Source: Lytechinus pictus
Taxonomy: Eukaryota
Reading direction: 5' to 3'
Assembly (NCBI RefSeq): GCF_037042905.1
Contig: NC_087245.1
Span: 30,196,001 to 30,260,000 of the forward strand
Length of the DNA stretch: 64,000 nucleotides
A model generated the notes under the pieces. The model saw nothing but the letters and a program-made list of their open reading frames with translations. It was not told where the DNA came from and searched no databases. Of this stretch, positions 26,400-39,334 are shown piece by piece. Position 1 is the first letter of the stretch. Each line of letters begins with the position of its first letter. The position numbers and the translations under genes were made by a program.

Positions 26400-28340
26400 A
26401 AATCTTTAAGCATCTAAAAAATTGTCTTTTTTAACTTAATAAAAAAAAGAAGACAAGAAGGAAGAAGGTTAATACTTTTGTAAATCTTCATTCTGTACCT
26501 CTAAATTATCCGGGTTTTCTTTCAAATTACGTATATGATTACACCCCCATAAAGTAAACTTATTAATGTTAAAGAAAATCATGTTTATGGACTGCTATAT
26601 TCTGTTATTTTGGAAAATTCATTTTAAAATCCCAATATACTTCTATATTTGCATATAGAATGGAAATAAGTTGTATGTATTTTCTCTTGCCTTTACATTG
26701 AAATAATATAGGCCTACATGTACTTGCTAAACTGGTAATTTTCAAAAAATCTCAGAAAATTCGTACTAGTTTAAATGTACAACCGTATAAAATGGGTAAA
26801 CATCTATAAAATCAGGGTTTTTTTTCTCAAAATGTGGTAAAAAACGATAAGATGAAGTAAGTCGATATTTTACATTTTCTATTGTAAAACTTCATTCTGT
26901 ACCCCCAAATTACCCAGGTTTTCTGTCAGATTATGTATTTGATTGAAACAAAAAGTAAACTGATTAATACGAAAGAAAATCATGTTTATGGATTGCTATA
27001 TTCTATTCTTTTGGAAATTCATTTTGAAATCCAATATACTTGTATATTTGTATACAGAATGAAGATAAGTCGTATGTATTTTATTGTTGTCTTTACATTG
27101 ATAGATTTTAAAATTTACGCTAAAAGTAATTTAAAAAAAAATCTCAAACATTCGTACGAGTTTGAATGTACAACTGCATAGAATTGTTAAACATCTCAAA
27201 TCATGTTTATTTCTTAAATATAATAAAAAGGAGAATAAGAATGAAGGTCGATATTTTTCCTTTTCTCTTGCAAATCTTCATTCTGTATCAACCTAATTAC
27301 ATGAGTTTTCTTTTAAATAATGTATTTGATTGGACCAAAAAAGTAAACTGATTAATATGAAAGAAGATCCTGTTTATGATTTCTTTCAAATTATGCACTT
27401 GATAGGACCAAAAAGTTAACTGACTAATACGAAAGAAAATCATGTTTATCTGTTTATGGATTGCTATATTCCATTCCTTTGGAAAATTCATTTTGAAATT
27501 CAATATCCTCTTATATGTGCATACAGAATGAAAATAAGTTATATGTATTTTCTTTTGTCTTTACATTGATTGAAGACTTTAAGATTTATGCTGAAAGTAT
27601 TATTTAAAAAAAATCTAAAATATTTGTACTAGTTTATGATGAAAAAAAGAATGAAGGCTGATATTTTCTACCTTTTCCATTGTAAATCTTCATTCTGTAT
27701 CAACCTAAATAACATGAGTTTTCTTTCAAATAATGTATTTGATTGGACCAAAAAGAAAACTGAATAATACGAAAGAAGATCCTGCTTATGGATTAATTGC
27801 TACATTCTATTTTCTATTTGGAAATTCCTTTTGACATCCAACATCCTTATATATTTCTATACAGAATGAAGATAAGTTGTATGTATTTTCCCTTTGTCTA
27901 ACATTGAAAGAGGACTTTAAAATTTATGCTAAAAGTAATTTCCAAAAAAAAAAAATCACAAACATTCGTACTAGTTTAAATGCACAACAGCATTAAATGG
28001 TTAAACATCTCAATCGTATTTTTTTTTCAAATGTGATGACAAAGAGGATAAGAAGGAAGAAGGTCGATAATTTTACTTTTTCTATTGTAAATCTTCATTC
28101 TGTACCCTTAAATTACCTTGCTTTTCTTTCAAATAATATATTTGATTGTACCCAAAAAAGTACAAGGAAAAATACGAAAGAATATCCTGTTTATGGATTT
28201 CTCTCTCTCTCTCTTTATATATATATATATTTTTTTTTTCTTGAAAATTCATTTTGAAACTCAATATCCCAGTATATTTCCATACAGAATGAAGATAAAA
28301 ATTATGTTACATGTATTTTCATATGTCCTTATATTGATAA
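26400..28340 (+). repeat. Five degenerate ~400-bp AT-rich tandem units downstream of ORF1
   Basis: Anchor TTGTAAATCTTCATTCTGTA recurs at ~26478, 26882, 27269, 27680 and 28085. Confidence 0.85.
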
Positions 28341-30204
28341 AACCATATTAAGGCAACAAAACGAATGTACTGCTTATTTCTATTTCATTTTCTCTCGCCA
28401 TGATGAGCACCTACATTCTTGTAATATTCATGAATGAAGTAAATGCCAACTGTTTATTCAGAATCAATATTGTCTAATACCTGATTTAACTCTATTTTGG
28501 ATCAAATTTTTTTATGCAAATGAGTTATAAAGTAATAGTGTCCGTTTTGTATAAGAGGAAAGAATGATACTGAATCGTTTTCTTTGCCCGCCAAATTTTT
28601 CCCGCGAAATTTTTGCCCGCGAAATTTTTCGCGGGTCCTTGCAATCAATCTGCTTTGTATTGCTCATAAGTATCTATTTGAATAGGGACTTGTTATGCTT
28701 TCAACAACATTCTCCAGAATAAACTATTGATACTTAAAGAATCTCCAAACCCTGAATAATGCCTGTATAATTTAGTATTCAAACATTCCTAGTCCCTTCA
28801 TTTGTTTTTCTGAATAAGATTCTTCTGAGTATTTTAAACTCCTAACAATCTGCTCTAAAGCAATCGTGATAATCCATTTTAGAATAGGGAGTTCCTTCAT
28901 ACAGGGAATTTAAAATAAACAGTGTGCTTTGTTTGTTGATGCTAATGACCGTAATGGCTTTCACACTTTCCTTGTACCATCCACAAAAATTCGGACTGAT
29001 ACAACGTTTAGGGTCTATATGCTAATATTGTGAATACAGTATCGTTGTTCAAAGAAGATTGTAACTGCAAATGATTTTTAAAGCAGATTCCATCTGGTTT
29101 TCAAAACATAAAGGACTTTTTAAATAAGCACCGTGTTGTTTCATTGACCCCCAAATTCTGAATTCGAAGCAATTATTTATCTGTTTTCACTTTTGTACTG
29201 TTCAGAATAATCCTCCAGAAATTCATGCAATGACCAGAATTCTGGATCAGAATGGGGACTTGTTTCATTTATGTTTTCAACCGAGTCTTCACAATGTTCT
29301 CTTTTGTAATAAACAAAAGTTGTTAAGCAAATAGTTCATATTATTATACTAGCAAATGCCATCTGTTCTCTTATGTGTGAAGATTCAGAATGGAAATTGA
29401 ATTGTAGAAAACTGAAAACTGTCCAATCCCTAACAATTAGTTCTTCTCTGTCTTGCTCAGTGTAACCTTTTCACAATTGAGACCTCCTTAATGGTGGTAA
29501 TTTGTAAACATCTTCAATAGTGCACCATTGAATGCATGTTACCATTTTTTTGTTCAAACATTGAAATGCCTATAATATCTTTCTTTTTCGGAATGAAGTA
29601 TAATGGCCAGCGATACTTTGTTAAATTTCTTACAAACAATGTTTTGTATCGCTCTCTTTAACTTATTCAGAATTCTTTCGCGCTGTGCAACACCAGCATT
29701 CTCATCAGTGCACTCTTGTAGATGATGACTTTGTGTTAAAATCCTAGTTGCATTCAATTATTATAATGCAACGTGTTGTCAATTACTTGTATAAGATCAA
29801 TTTAAATGCTTCAAACCCTTCAAATGCTTTTTCTTTTTGTCATGCACTCATGAAAATCGTCAGAGAAGAACAACAGGTCGTTTGTGTTGCAATTTCAGTG
29901 CCATTCTCTAATTTGTTATCTTGATAATCCTTGTCATAAACCTGTCATTTAAACGCATTTTTAAATACATGTCGATAACCTTTAGGGAGATGTCCTTACA
30001 AATTTCTGAGATCCAGGAAAGGGGATTGAACTGCCGTAGACCATCCGGCATTCTTACAATACTTATAAGTCCACAAACACTCATTGTGTTTCTTCTTTAA
30101 AGACGCTTCTTTTCTCGCTCCAAAATCAGCTCTCTCTTAATTAACGACATTGCCCATTCTCCTTTCACTCTCTTCCTTTTCTTTAGTTTACTATTTTTCA
30201 CTGC

Positions 30205-33200
30205 AGGTAGATACTTCCAAGGCGGTGCATTGGCCAACAGAGCCTTTTGTACTTTATAGTATATCTCTCAGTGACGATCCTGATACCTCCGTCTCTGTAT
30301 CCACTTGACTGCACACACACGCACATGCACTCACTCCCAACACACATCCCTCAACATGATCAACAACACAGATGAATTCAATAATGAAAATAAATATTAC
30401 ACAGTAGCAGAATTTAATAACTCATTTTCGAAAACAAACAGCTTTAGCATTTTACATATCAACTCAAGAAGCCTCAGCAAAAATTTTGAATATCTTCAAC
30501 ACTTGCTTTGTGCCATCAATTCAGTTCAATTTTCAGTTATTGGTGTCAGTGAAACCTGGTTCAATAAAAATTCTCCTCCATTATTTAACTTACCAAATTA
30601 TTCTTTGATTAGAGCTGACCGTGTAGGAAGGAGAGGGGGTGGTGTTGCCTTTTACGTTTCCGACAATTTGAAATTCCGTACTCGAAATGACATAATATTT
30701 GAGCGAACTGAAACATTGTTTATTGAGATTGACATACCTAAGAGTAAAAATATTATTATTGGCTTAATATACAAACCTCCCAATGTTGAATTTGACATAT
30801 TTTATCAAAATCTGGAGCAATGTCTTGATAAACTTTCTACAGAGAATAAACATATTTATTTCATGGGTGATTTTAATACAAATTTTCTGAATATAAATAA
30901 TTCTAATACCGAAAGATTTCTTCAATTAACTAATTCTTATGCTTTTTCCTCACATATAAATAAACCCACAAGAATAACTGCAGCTTCTGCGACTTTAATA
31001 GATAACATTTTTTCTAATATTCATAATGAAACAATCATCGGCGGTTTACTTTATTCAGAAGTATCAGACCATTTGCCAATATTCACGATATCCGAAACCA
31101 ATTCATCTAAAAATAAATCAACAATACCTCCCCGCTATAGATTAGAAACTCCCAGAAAAATTGAATCTTTCAAACGGGACCTTTTTGAAGAAAATTGGAG
31201 TGATATTTACAATGAAAATAATGTGCATATTGCTTATGAGAAATTTAACAATAAATTACAATTTTATTACGATAAAAATTTTCCACTTGTGAGGAAGCGT
31301 CAAAATTCCCGGGAGGCCAAAAACCCGTGGATCACAAAAGGGATTCTAAAATCAATACATACTCGAAACAGTCTTTACAAATTACATTTAAAGAAACCAT
31401 CACCCATAAACGTGCAAAAATATAGGAAATATCGGAACAAACTTACAAATTTAATAAGATTATCTCGCAAGATGTATTACTCAGACAAATTAACTAAAGT
31501 TAGCGCTAATTCAAAGGCGACATGGCGGGTTATAAATGAGATTATCGGAAAAAAGACAACTGAATTACCTAAAGATGGACTAACTTTAAACGGTGATAAC
31601 ATCGCAGATAATTCCACTTATGCTTCACAATTCAATTCTTTTTTTAGTAACATCGGCCCCCAACTAGCAAATAAGATAGGTAGTTGCAACAATGCACATT
31701 TTACTGATTTTATTTCAACGCCATTCGAAAATTCTATTTTTCTCAATCCTACCAACCCCACTGAACTCATTAACATTACGAAATCCCTAAACTCTAGTAA
31801 GTCACAAGGACATGATAGGATAAGTACATCTATGCTTAAAGAAATTATTCATGTTATTGTTGATCCTTTAACTTATATTTTTAATCAATCTATATCATCA
31901 GGTGTTTGTCCGAACCTACTCAAAATTGCAAAAGTTACCCCGATCTACAAAAAAGATGATCCTCATGAAATAAGTAATTACCGCCCAATTTCTATACTTT
32001 GTAGTATATCCAAAATCTTAGAAAAAATAATATACACACGATTGTACAATTTTTTAAACTTGCATAATTTATTGAATCAAAATCAATATGGTTTTAGGAA
32101 AAATCACTCTACAGATTTAGCGCTAGTAAATATTTACGACAAAATTACTAAAGCGATGGCTGATAAAGAACATGTTATTGGAATATTTTTGGACCTAAGC
32201 AAAGCTTTTGATACACTTAATCACAAAATATTACTTCACAAACTACATTTATACGGAATACGTGGAAATGCACACAGATGGTTAGAAAATTATTTATCAA
32301 ACAGACAACAATATGTTACATTTAATGGAATAGATTCAACCTTTAAAACTATCGAATGCGGTGTGCCTCAGGGGTCAATTTTGGGGCCGCTCCTCTTCCT
32401 ATTATATGTCAATGATATATCAAATACTTCGGCCTTATTATCGTTTATCCTCTTTGCAGATGATACTAATATTTTTTATGCTCACACAGAACTAGAAACT
32501 GTAATATCTACTTTAAATGTTGAATTATGTAAAGTATCTACTTGGTTCAAATGCAACAAATTATCCTTAAAAATAAACAAAACACATTTTATGCACTTTA
32601 AGCATTACAATACACATGCTGTTAACAATACAATAACGATAAACATTGATAACGTATCTCTACAGCAAAAACAACATTCAAAGTTTCTAGGGGTAACTAT
32701 TGATGAAAATTTATCCTGGAATAATCATTTAAGCCAAGTCACAACTTCCGTGTCCAAAGGTGTTGGAATAATTTCCAAATTAAAATACATATTACCTGAA
32801 AAAACTCTCTTTTTACTTTATAATGTTTTGGTGCTTCCTCACATATCATATTGTAATATAGTTTGGGGTAATTGTGGTAAAACGAAACTTAATCCGATTT
32901 TCTTATTACAAAAAAGAGCAGTCCGTATTTGCACAGGATCACAATATCTTGCTAGATCCAATCCTTTATTTTTTAAATTAAAAACATTAAAAATTTCAGA
33001 TATAAATACATTTCATGCTGCTATATTCATGTTCAAATACAAAAAGGGATTACTTCCCCCTTCCTTTCAAAATATGTTCACCCTGAACAACACCATCCAT
33101 TCTTATCCAACACGAAACTCCACAAACTTTCATTTAACAAATCCAAAACTAATAATAACACACAAATCAATTAGACATTACGGTGCGGATTTGTGGAATG

Positions 33201-33773
33201 ATTTATCACATGACATTAAGCTATGCACATCACTTTATTCATTCAAAGCTGTTCTGAAAAAAAATACGCTGTCAAGCTATAATTTCTAAAATCTTTCTGT
33301 GTACCCAAACAACTGATAATCCCCCCCCCCTTGCACATGCACACTCGCACACCTGCACTTGCACTTTCACTTTTATCAACGTTATTAATCTTATCTCAAT
33401 CAAATTTCTCTTCTCTATCCACTTTTGATATATTCCTATTATTTTGTGCAATAAAAGATAGTCTCTTTTATTGCACTATACAGTCTGGTTTTCTACCCCC
33501 TTTCCTTTCGAGGCCTCCATCGCTTTCAAGCTCCAAGCTTAAGATGGAGGTCTCCCACATTTCTATATATATGTTCAGTAATTAAAGAAAATGTATATAG
33601 ATATATAATTTCACAGTACAGTTGATATTTTATAATGATTTATGTGCATTATTCATTATGTTTAAAAAAATATTTGCTTATTATGTAATATTGAAAAAAA
33701 ATGTTATACTTGTATATTCTTTGTTTTTTGTTTAGAAATGTGGAAATAAAATAAATCAAAATCAAATCAAAAT
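30205..33773 (+). mobile_element. Young L2/CR1-group LINE copy without a visible ORF1
   Basis: ORF2, ~450-bp 3' UTR with a stem-loop (CCTCCATC...GATGGAGG), AATAAA and an (AAATC)n tail. The 5' boundary is approximate. Confidence 0.85.
30305..33289 (+). CDS. Intact LINE ORF2 (APE endonuclease + reverse transcriptase), L2/CR1 group
   Basis: EN motifs ILHINSRSL, GVSETW, MGDFN, LIDNIF, SDHLPI; RT motifs NYRPIS, DLSKAFD, GVPQGSILGP, FADDT, FLGV. No stops over 994 codons; first ATG at 30356. Confidence 0.95.
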   Translation: MTAHTRTCTHSQHTSLNMINNTDEFNNENKYYTVAEFNNSFSKTNSFSILHINSRSLSKNFEYLQHLLCAINSVQFSVIGVSETWFNKNSPPLFNLPNYSLIRADRVGRRGGGVAFYVSDNLKFRTRNDIIFERTETLFIEIDIPKSKNIIIGLIYKPPNVEFDIFYQNLEQCLDKLSTENKHIYFMGDFNTNFLNINNSNTERFLQLTNSYAFSSHINKPTRITAASATLIDNIFSNIHNETIIGGLLYSEVSDHLPIFTISETNSSKNKSTIPPRYRLETPRKIESFKRDLFEENWSDIYNENNVHIAYEKFNNKLQFYYDKNFPLVRKRQNSREAKNPWITKGILKSIHTRNSLYKLHLKKPSPINVQKYRKYRNKLTNLIRLSRKMYYSDKLTKVSANSKATWRVINEIIGKKTTELPKDGLTLNGDNIADNSTYASQFNSFFSNIGPQLANKIGSCNNAHFTDFISTPFENSIFLNPTNPTELINITKSLNSSKSQGHDRISTSMLKEIIHVIVDPLTYIFNQSISSGVCPNLLKIAKVTPIYKKDDPHEISNYRPISILCSISKILEKIIYTRLYNFLNLHNLLNQNQYGFRKNHSTDLALVNIYDKITKAMADKEHVIGIFLDLSKAFDTLNHKILLHKLHLYGIRGNAHRWLENYLSNRQQYVTFNGIDSTFKTIECGVPQGSILGPLLFLLYVNDISNTSALLSFILFADDTNIFYAHTELETVISTLNVELCKVSTWFKCNKLSLKINKTHFMHFKHYNTHAVNNTITINIDNVSLQQKQHSKFLGVTIDENLSWNNHLSQVTTSVSKGVGIISKLKYILPEKTLFLLYNVLVLPHISYCNIVWGNCGKTKLNPIFLLQKRAVRICTGSQYLARSNPLFFKLKTLKISDINTFHAAIFMFKYKKGLLPPSFQNMFTLNNTIHSYPTRNSTNFHLTNPKLIITHKSIRHYGADLWNDLSHDIKLCTSLYSFKAVLKKNTLSSYNF

Positions 33774-33780
33774 TGAAGAG

Positions 33781-33815
<35 letters not shown>

Positions 33816-34474
33816 GCTGAATCCACTTTTGATCAAAAGTTAATTTAAAATATAAATTTGTTTATCTTTGACACGGGAATCAAGTGCACCATATCGCATT
33901 CCAAAATATATTGAACACAAATTGAGTTTTTTTACAGAAGGAGCTAAATCCAAAACAGTTTTATTTCAAAAGGAGCTAAATCCACTATGTTCACTGAGGA
34001 TTTCTTGATTTGACAACATTAGCTAAAGTTATGGTTTAAATATTTGTTATGTACCTGTTGTACATATGAGTCTACATCGTCTGCAAATTTTGATATACAT
34101 AACAGAATTTTACTATTTTTATGAATATTTTTGGATTTAGCTCCTTTTGGAATAAAACATCGAAAAATCACCGTCTTCGGAGATTTCAAAAAATTTCCCC
34201 CAATTTTCAATGAATAAAAATCTGAAAAATTGCTAAACATGTTTAAATGTGCAAAAAGGCACATTCGACTACGATTTTATTCCAAAAGGAGCTAAATCCA
34301 TGGAAATTAAATCCATCAAAATTCCTGAAAAATTGAAATTAGTCGCTAGATTTTATAAACATGATTTAATTAATCTATTGTGATAGCATCATCATATATA
34401 TTTCAAAATAGTAATTATCAAAATAATATATTAAGTAGCAGTGGACAAGGGAATATTAAAATTAAATTATATAT

Positions 34475-34506
<32 letters not shown>

Positions 34507-34578
34507 TTGATTTACTGAAGATCGCTTTATATAGATATAGTTCCTTTTGCAATAAAATTTTTCATATATTAGTCTGAA

Positions 34579-35259
34579 CAGGGATGTGTTAGGAATAGGA
34601 AGGATATGAAACTCACGGGTGTTTGATATTCAATGTGGCGTGCCGATGTTAACCCTTCGGATCAGAATGGATTATGCCGGAGCGAAATATCATTTACGCT
34701 TTTTTTCTCTAAAAGCATCGTTTTTCATCAATCTCTTTTGAAAATTTCAAATTAGTTGAAGACAGCAAATAAAAAGCCTTTGTGATGTTTTCATGCCAAC
34801 ATGATATAAAAGAATCGTGAAAAAAAAGACAAATTTAATTTTATAACTACTTCCAAAATTGACAAATTTCAGCATTTTCCGACAATTTGTGCTAGTTTAG
34901 AGCTCACTCATTGTGAAAAATATATGATTATGAACATATTTTGTATTACAAGTTATCCGTGGTCATGTGTGTTTCCGAAATAATTAGCTTTTAATATTAC
35001 TCATATTATGGTGATTTCTGTTCGCTGATACCAATTATACGTACTAATGCATTATCAAAACTGCACCAGCCAAATAAAAATCCGAATCTCTCTTGTTGCT
35101 AAGAGAAAGTGTCGGCAAATGAAAATGCCTGTATTGTTGAAACACCTGAAAAGACATTCATATGTTTAAAGACAATATCCTGTCGTCGGCTCGTCAGATG
35201 GGGTTAAAGCAGGCTGGTACTAAATCGAAGAGATTCCTATCCTTCCTAACACATCCCTG
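34579..35259. mobile_element. MITE with CAGGG termini (hAT-like), flanked by a GTCTGAA duplication
   Basis: GTCTGAA|CAGGGATGTGTTAGGAA ... TTCCTAACACATCCCTG|GTCTGAA. Confidence 0.8.
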
Positions 35260-35752
35260 GTCTGAATATTACGTCAAAATCTATCCATCACAATTATATA
35301 TTTTTTAATTGAACAGTCAAAATTTTGCTCGCAGCTTTAAAAAAAAATGCGTTGTACGCCATGTCTGGCCCAAACTTTTGCCTCATTGCGCCACTTGGGT
35401 AGATAGTATACTATTTTTTTTTTAATTGTTCTTCATATTTTAAGTGCGCTTTTTGCCTTTTTCCCCTGTGTCCCTCTCCCACTTTAAAATTTGCCCCGAC
35501 GCTCCAGATTATTTTCCTCTGTCTTCATATTTTTATATTTTTGGTAAAATATATAGCGTGAGAAATGACTTGCGGACAGAACGTCGCTGGTGTTTCATAC
35601 TCCAATGATCAGTGAAATGACAATACAAATATTGTAGCTTCTTTCTTGTGCCAGGCTTTGATCGAAGCTTAGTGCAATTAATATGATATTAAGAAGCTAC
35701 ATAGGCGACGGAAGCGGGGTGGGGGGAGCGAGGGTCCTGTCCCCCTAAATTT

Positions 35753-35788
<36 letters not shown>

Positions 35789-35971
35789 TGTCAATTTCGT
35801 TCCTGCGTCCCCCTAAATTCAGGTGGACCGCCCTAAAATTGTTTAAAATCGTTATGGTCCCCCCTAAAATTTTGTTCACCTTTCGCCGCCAATGAGAAGC
35901 TATACGACCAAATAGCTTCTCATTGGCGGCGGAAGCCAAAACACACACGGAAGCCAAGACACACATGTAGG

Positions 35972-36007
<36 letters not shown>

Positions 36008-37151
36008 CCTACATGTGTGTTATTAAATGCTAGCCAGGTGCGGATCCAGGAATTTCCTGGGGGCACTTTAGTCCAGAAAAAATTGACAGGCAAAAATTTA
36101 AAAAGGGTTAGCACTTGCACATATACGGTACTTTCGACTTTTTTTTCGCTCTCAAAAGGGGGGAGGCATGAGCCGGGTGTGCCCTCCCCCTGGATCCGCG
36201 CCAAAGCACCCCCTCCCTCGAGCTTAAGGTCAATTTGGTGGCGCGCCCAAGCACGCTCTTTTATTATTATTTCATCTCCCCTCTTTTCCCCCTTCATTTT
36301 CCTTCCCCCTTATTCACTCTTCCTTCTTTCCTTTTCTCATACAGGCTACGTTTCCCCATTTTTTGCGATCTCTTCTTCCTACGTTTTTTAACTCCTCCTT
36401 TTATTTTCATATATTTCCTCCTTTTTTGACTACCCGGGTCCCTTGCCCCAACCCCCCTCAAAAAAAAAAAAAATATATATATATATATATAAATGCGCAT
36501 AGTGTGTGTCTCATTGAGGTGTCACTGAGAGTTCCCTGTGTTTTTGGCAGCCTCATTGTTGGACTTAGTTTTCTTGTATTGATACATTCATTTTGATTTC
36601 TACTTGATTTCGATGAGTATGCATCAGTGTTTACCCCCCCCCCCACACCCTCCCCCATCACCATAGTCGCCAATCTCATCCTATTTCTTGCTTGGTTATG
36701 AAGACCAAGACAAACCAGCCATATTGGTGGATATAAGTTCACACCCCGAATAGCCCAGGTGCACAAAGGGAGCACGCAATGTAGGGCTTCATGGCTCCAC
36801 AAAGCAGCCGTCCCCGGATGTTTAATTACATGCTAAATTACGTGCTAAAAAATGCATACGACTCTTTAAATAACTTGAGATTCTCAAATCGGCAACTGTA
36901 ACTGTTCTGTGGGTGTGTTTGACTTGGATGAGACAATTGGTTGAAAAGGACGACTGGAATATCACATTCTTGCTGTAGGGGTGATAATGGTGCACGAACA
37001 GCGTATCGGAACAAATCGCCTGGTCGGAACAAATCGACTATGACGATTGCATCACATAACAAAACCCGGTACTAATCGACGGGTAATAGAGCCGTCGATT
37101 AGTACCTCCGGCCCCGATCGACTGGCCGGTCCAAATCTCCTATGACACCGG

Positions 37152-38508
37152 CCGGGAGAAACTCTTCTTCACATCCCGGTCCACCTGGCACAGCATCCAG
37201 GCTGAATGTTCTGATCTTCGATGCACACATGCCCACCTCCATCAGGGGACGCGTCCTTCAAAGAAGTTGACTGACATCAAGGACGTCAAGCGGTATCTTC
37301 GCATCGCCACAATAGCACGTGATGGTCTCCTTGTGGTGTCGAGAGAAGTTACCCTCCTTTCCTCACGTGAATGCATTATCGTGCCTCGGAACGTCCTTGC
37401 TGGTATCCTATTCACCTCCAACTTGATCACCAAACACAGAGTCAGCTCAAATCTCTCGTCAACAGACACTTCTTCGCTCTGGATATGGATCATGCCATCA
37501 AACAGGTCACTGATCGATGCCACCAGTGCGCTTCTCTCTGCACTGCTCCCTCTACAATGGCTGCTCAGTCCTCTGCTGATCCCTTTGAAGTTGCCGGCGT
37601 TAACTTCGCAGCAGATGTTCTCAAGCGGGCAAAGCAGTTGATCCTTGTGTTCCGTGAATCTGTATCCTCATACACTGCTACTTGCCTCATTGCTGATGAG
37701 CGCTGGGGTACTCTACGTGAAGCTCTGATTCGATCGTCTATGTGTTGAGCTTCATCCAATTGATGGCCCCCATGCTGTCGTTCGAAGATCCTGCCCCTGG
37801 ATTTTCCTCCTTACGGGATGACCACCAGCTTGCTTCACTTGGCATATCCATCGAGCTCGACCGCCCCAAGAATGCCAATAAAACAACCCGGTTGCTGAGA
37901 AGGCCATACACGAGCTTCTAGACAGGCTGCTCCGCAATACTCCTAGCTGGTAGCCCCTCTCTCCTTTGACTTTGTCTTTGGCCACCGCCCGCCTGAACAG
38001 CCGTCTTCGTTCGTGAGGCCTGTCAGTGCGTGAGATATGGAATCAACGTGACCAGTTCTCCCATGCCCAGATTCCCATTTCTGACGAGGAAATCATTGCA
38101 AGCCAGCATCACCAGCGTTTTGCTAACCACCACCACAGTAAATGTGCAAAGGCACCGTGCGGCCTCCTCCAGGGTGATGTTGGTATTGAGGTTGGTAACC
38201 TTGTCTATCTTCGCAGTGATCGCACCAAGTCTCAGGCATGCCCATGCTACCTTGTCGGCTCTGTTGACGTTACATGGTGCAATATCAGGAAATTTGTTGG
38301 CTCCCGGCTCCATGATTCATCTAATCGTGTGAAGACGTCAGACTGTCTGAAGCTGCCTAGTTTCCCTGCCCAGCCTCGATCGGACTCTGTGGATCCCCAA
38401 CAAAGCGACGACGATGAGGATGTCACTACTTCCCCACCTGATGCCACCCAGCCGGATCCCCCTTCCCCCGTCCCTCCTCTTCTGTCGACGCATGCTAGCT
38501 CGTTTTGA
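37152..38508 (+). pseudogene. Decayed Gypsy pol, 3' part (integrase)
   Basis: HLHQGTRPSKKLTDIKDVKRYL; zinc-binding CHQC; core FAADV and NPVAEKAIHEL; frameshifted. Confidence 0.9.
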
Positions 38509-38928
38509 GGACTTTATTTGTGACTAATCGACCCCTCCCTTTGCCCCATTTATATTTGACGTCTACTTTTCTGGACTTACACTCGAGATGAGACAGATGG
38601 TTGACGCATTATTTTCCAGTATGACGGTTATCAATGCCTTTCCGTCATTCATACTTAATTTTTGCTAGTGTTTTCGACAGACATTTTGTGTGAAGCATTC
38701 CCTTCTACATCAGCTCTATAGGCGATGTACCTATCTGGTGTTTGTCATGGACAAACCAGTTTTCACTTGTGTCATATTCCCTTTCAAAATGGTGGTAATG
38801 TCTGTACCTCATACTTGTACCAGCTATAACCCACTCTTACAGGTTTTAATCTTTTGGTTTATCTGGTTCACCGCAATCTCGTTTATACATCATACCTCCC
38901 CCCCCCCGAGGGAGTGAAGAAGGGAAAG

Positions 38929-39149
38929 TGATCACGCCACTAATTGTGTGTTGCGTATTTAATGTAATAGCGCCACCTTGTGGTCGCTTTGTCTTGTTAA
39001 CGTGTTCTTACTGTTTTTGCGTGCTTTGTATGCACTTAGGTAGCATCTCCTACCTGCCGCGGATCGTGTTAAATAAAGAGTTCAAATTGTACACCTTGTC
39101 TGTGGACTTGTTTGTTCTTTCGCTAAGCTGGCCCTTCGCGCTGGCATCA
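38929..39149 (+). repeat. Probable 3' LTR of the Gypsy element
   Basis: Polypurine tract GAAGAAGGGAAAG immediately followed by TG; AATAAA at ~39072; ends in CA. Confidence 0.65.
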
Positions 39150-39334
39150 TATATTTAGTGAGATCCATAATGTTGGACAGTGCTTAAATTTTCCCTCAGA
39201 ATATCGAAAATTTCCGTCGCGCTTCGCGCTTGCATTAAGATACACCGATTGTTAAATTGCATATGCAAATGTGGAAAATTTACAAGTACAGTTTTATAGA
39301 GATTTATTAAGAATACTAGAAACAGAATGGGATG

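Larger units (their letters stand above)
23986..37147. mobile_element. 13.2-kb Ginger1-like DNA transposon (with nested insertions) splitting Gypsy pol
   Basis: CCGG|TGTCATAGGATTTTTGGCCC ... GGTCCAAATCTCCTATGACA|CCGG. Excision restores the frame EVLAG-REKLFFTSRSTWHSIQAEC. TGT...ACA ends with a CCGG TSD match Ginger1. Confidence 0.85.

Noticed and set aside
25480..33289. ORF1 (25480) and ORF2 (30305) as one LINE
   Set aside because: ORF1 is L1/Tx1-type and ORF2 is L2/CR1-group, and they are separated by 4 kb including unrelated sequence.
34649..35207. piggyBac-like element (TTAACCC...GGGTTAA) inside the hAT-like MITE
   Set aside because: The inverted match hardly extends beyond CCC/GGG.
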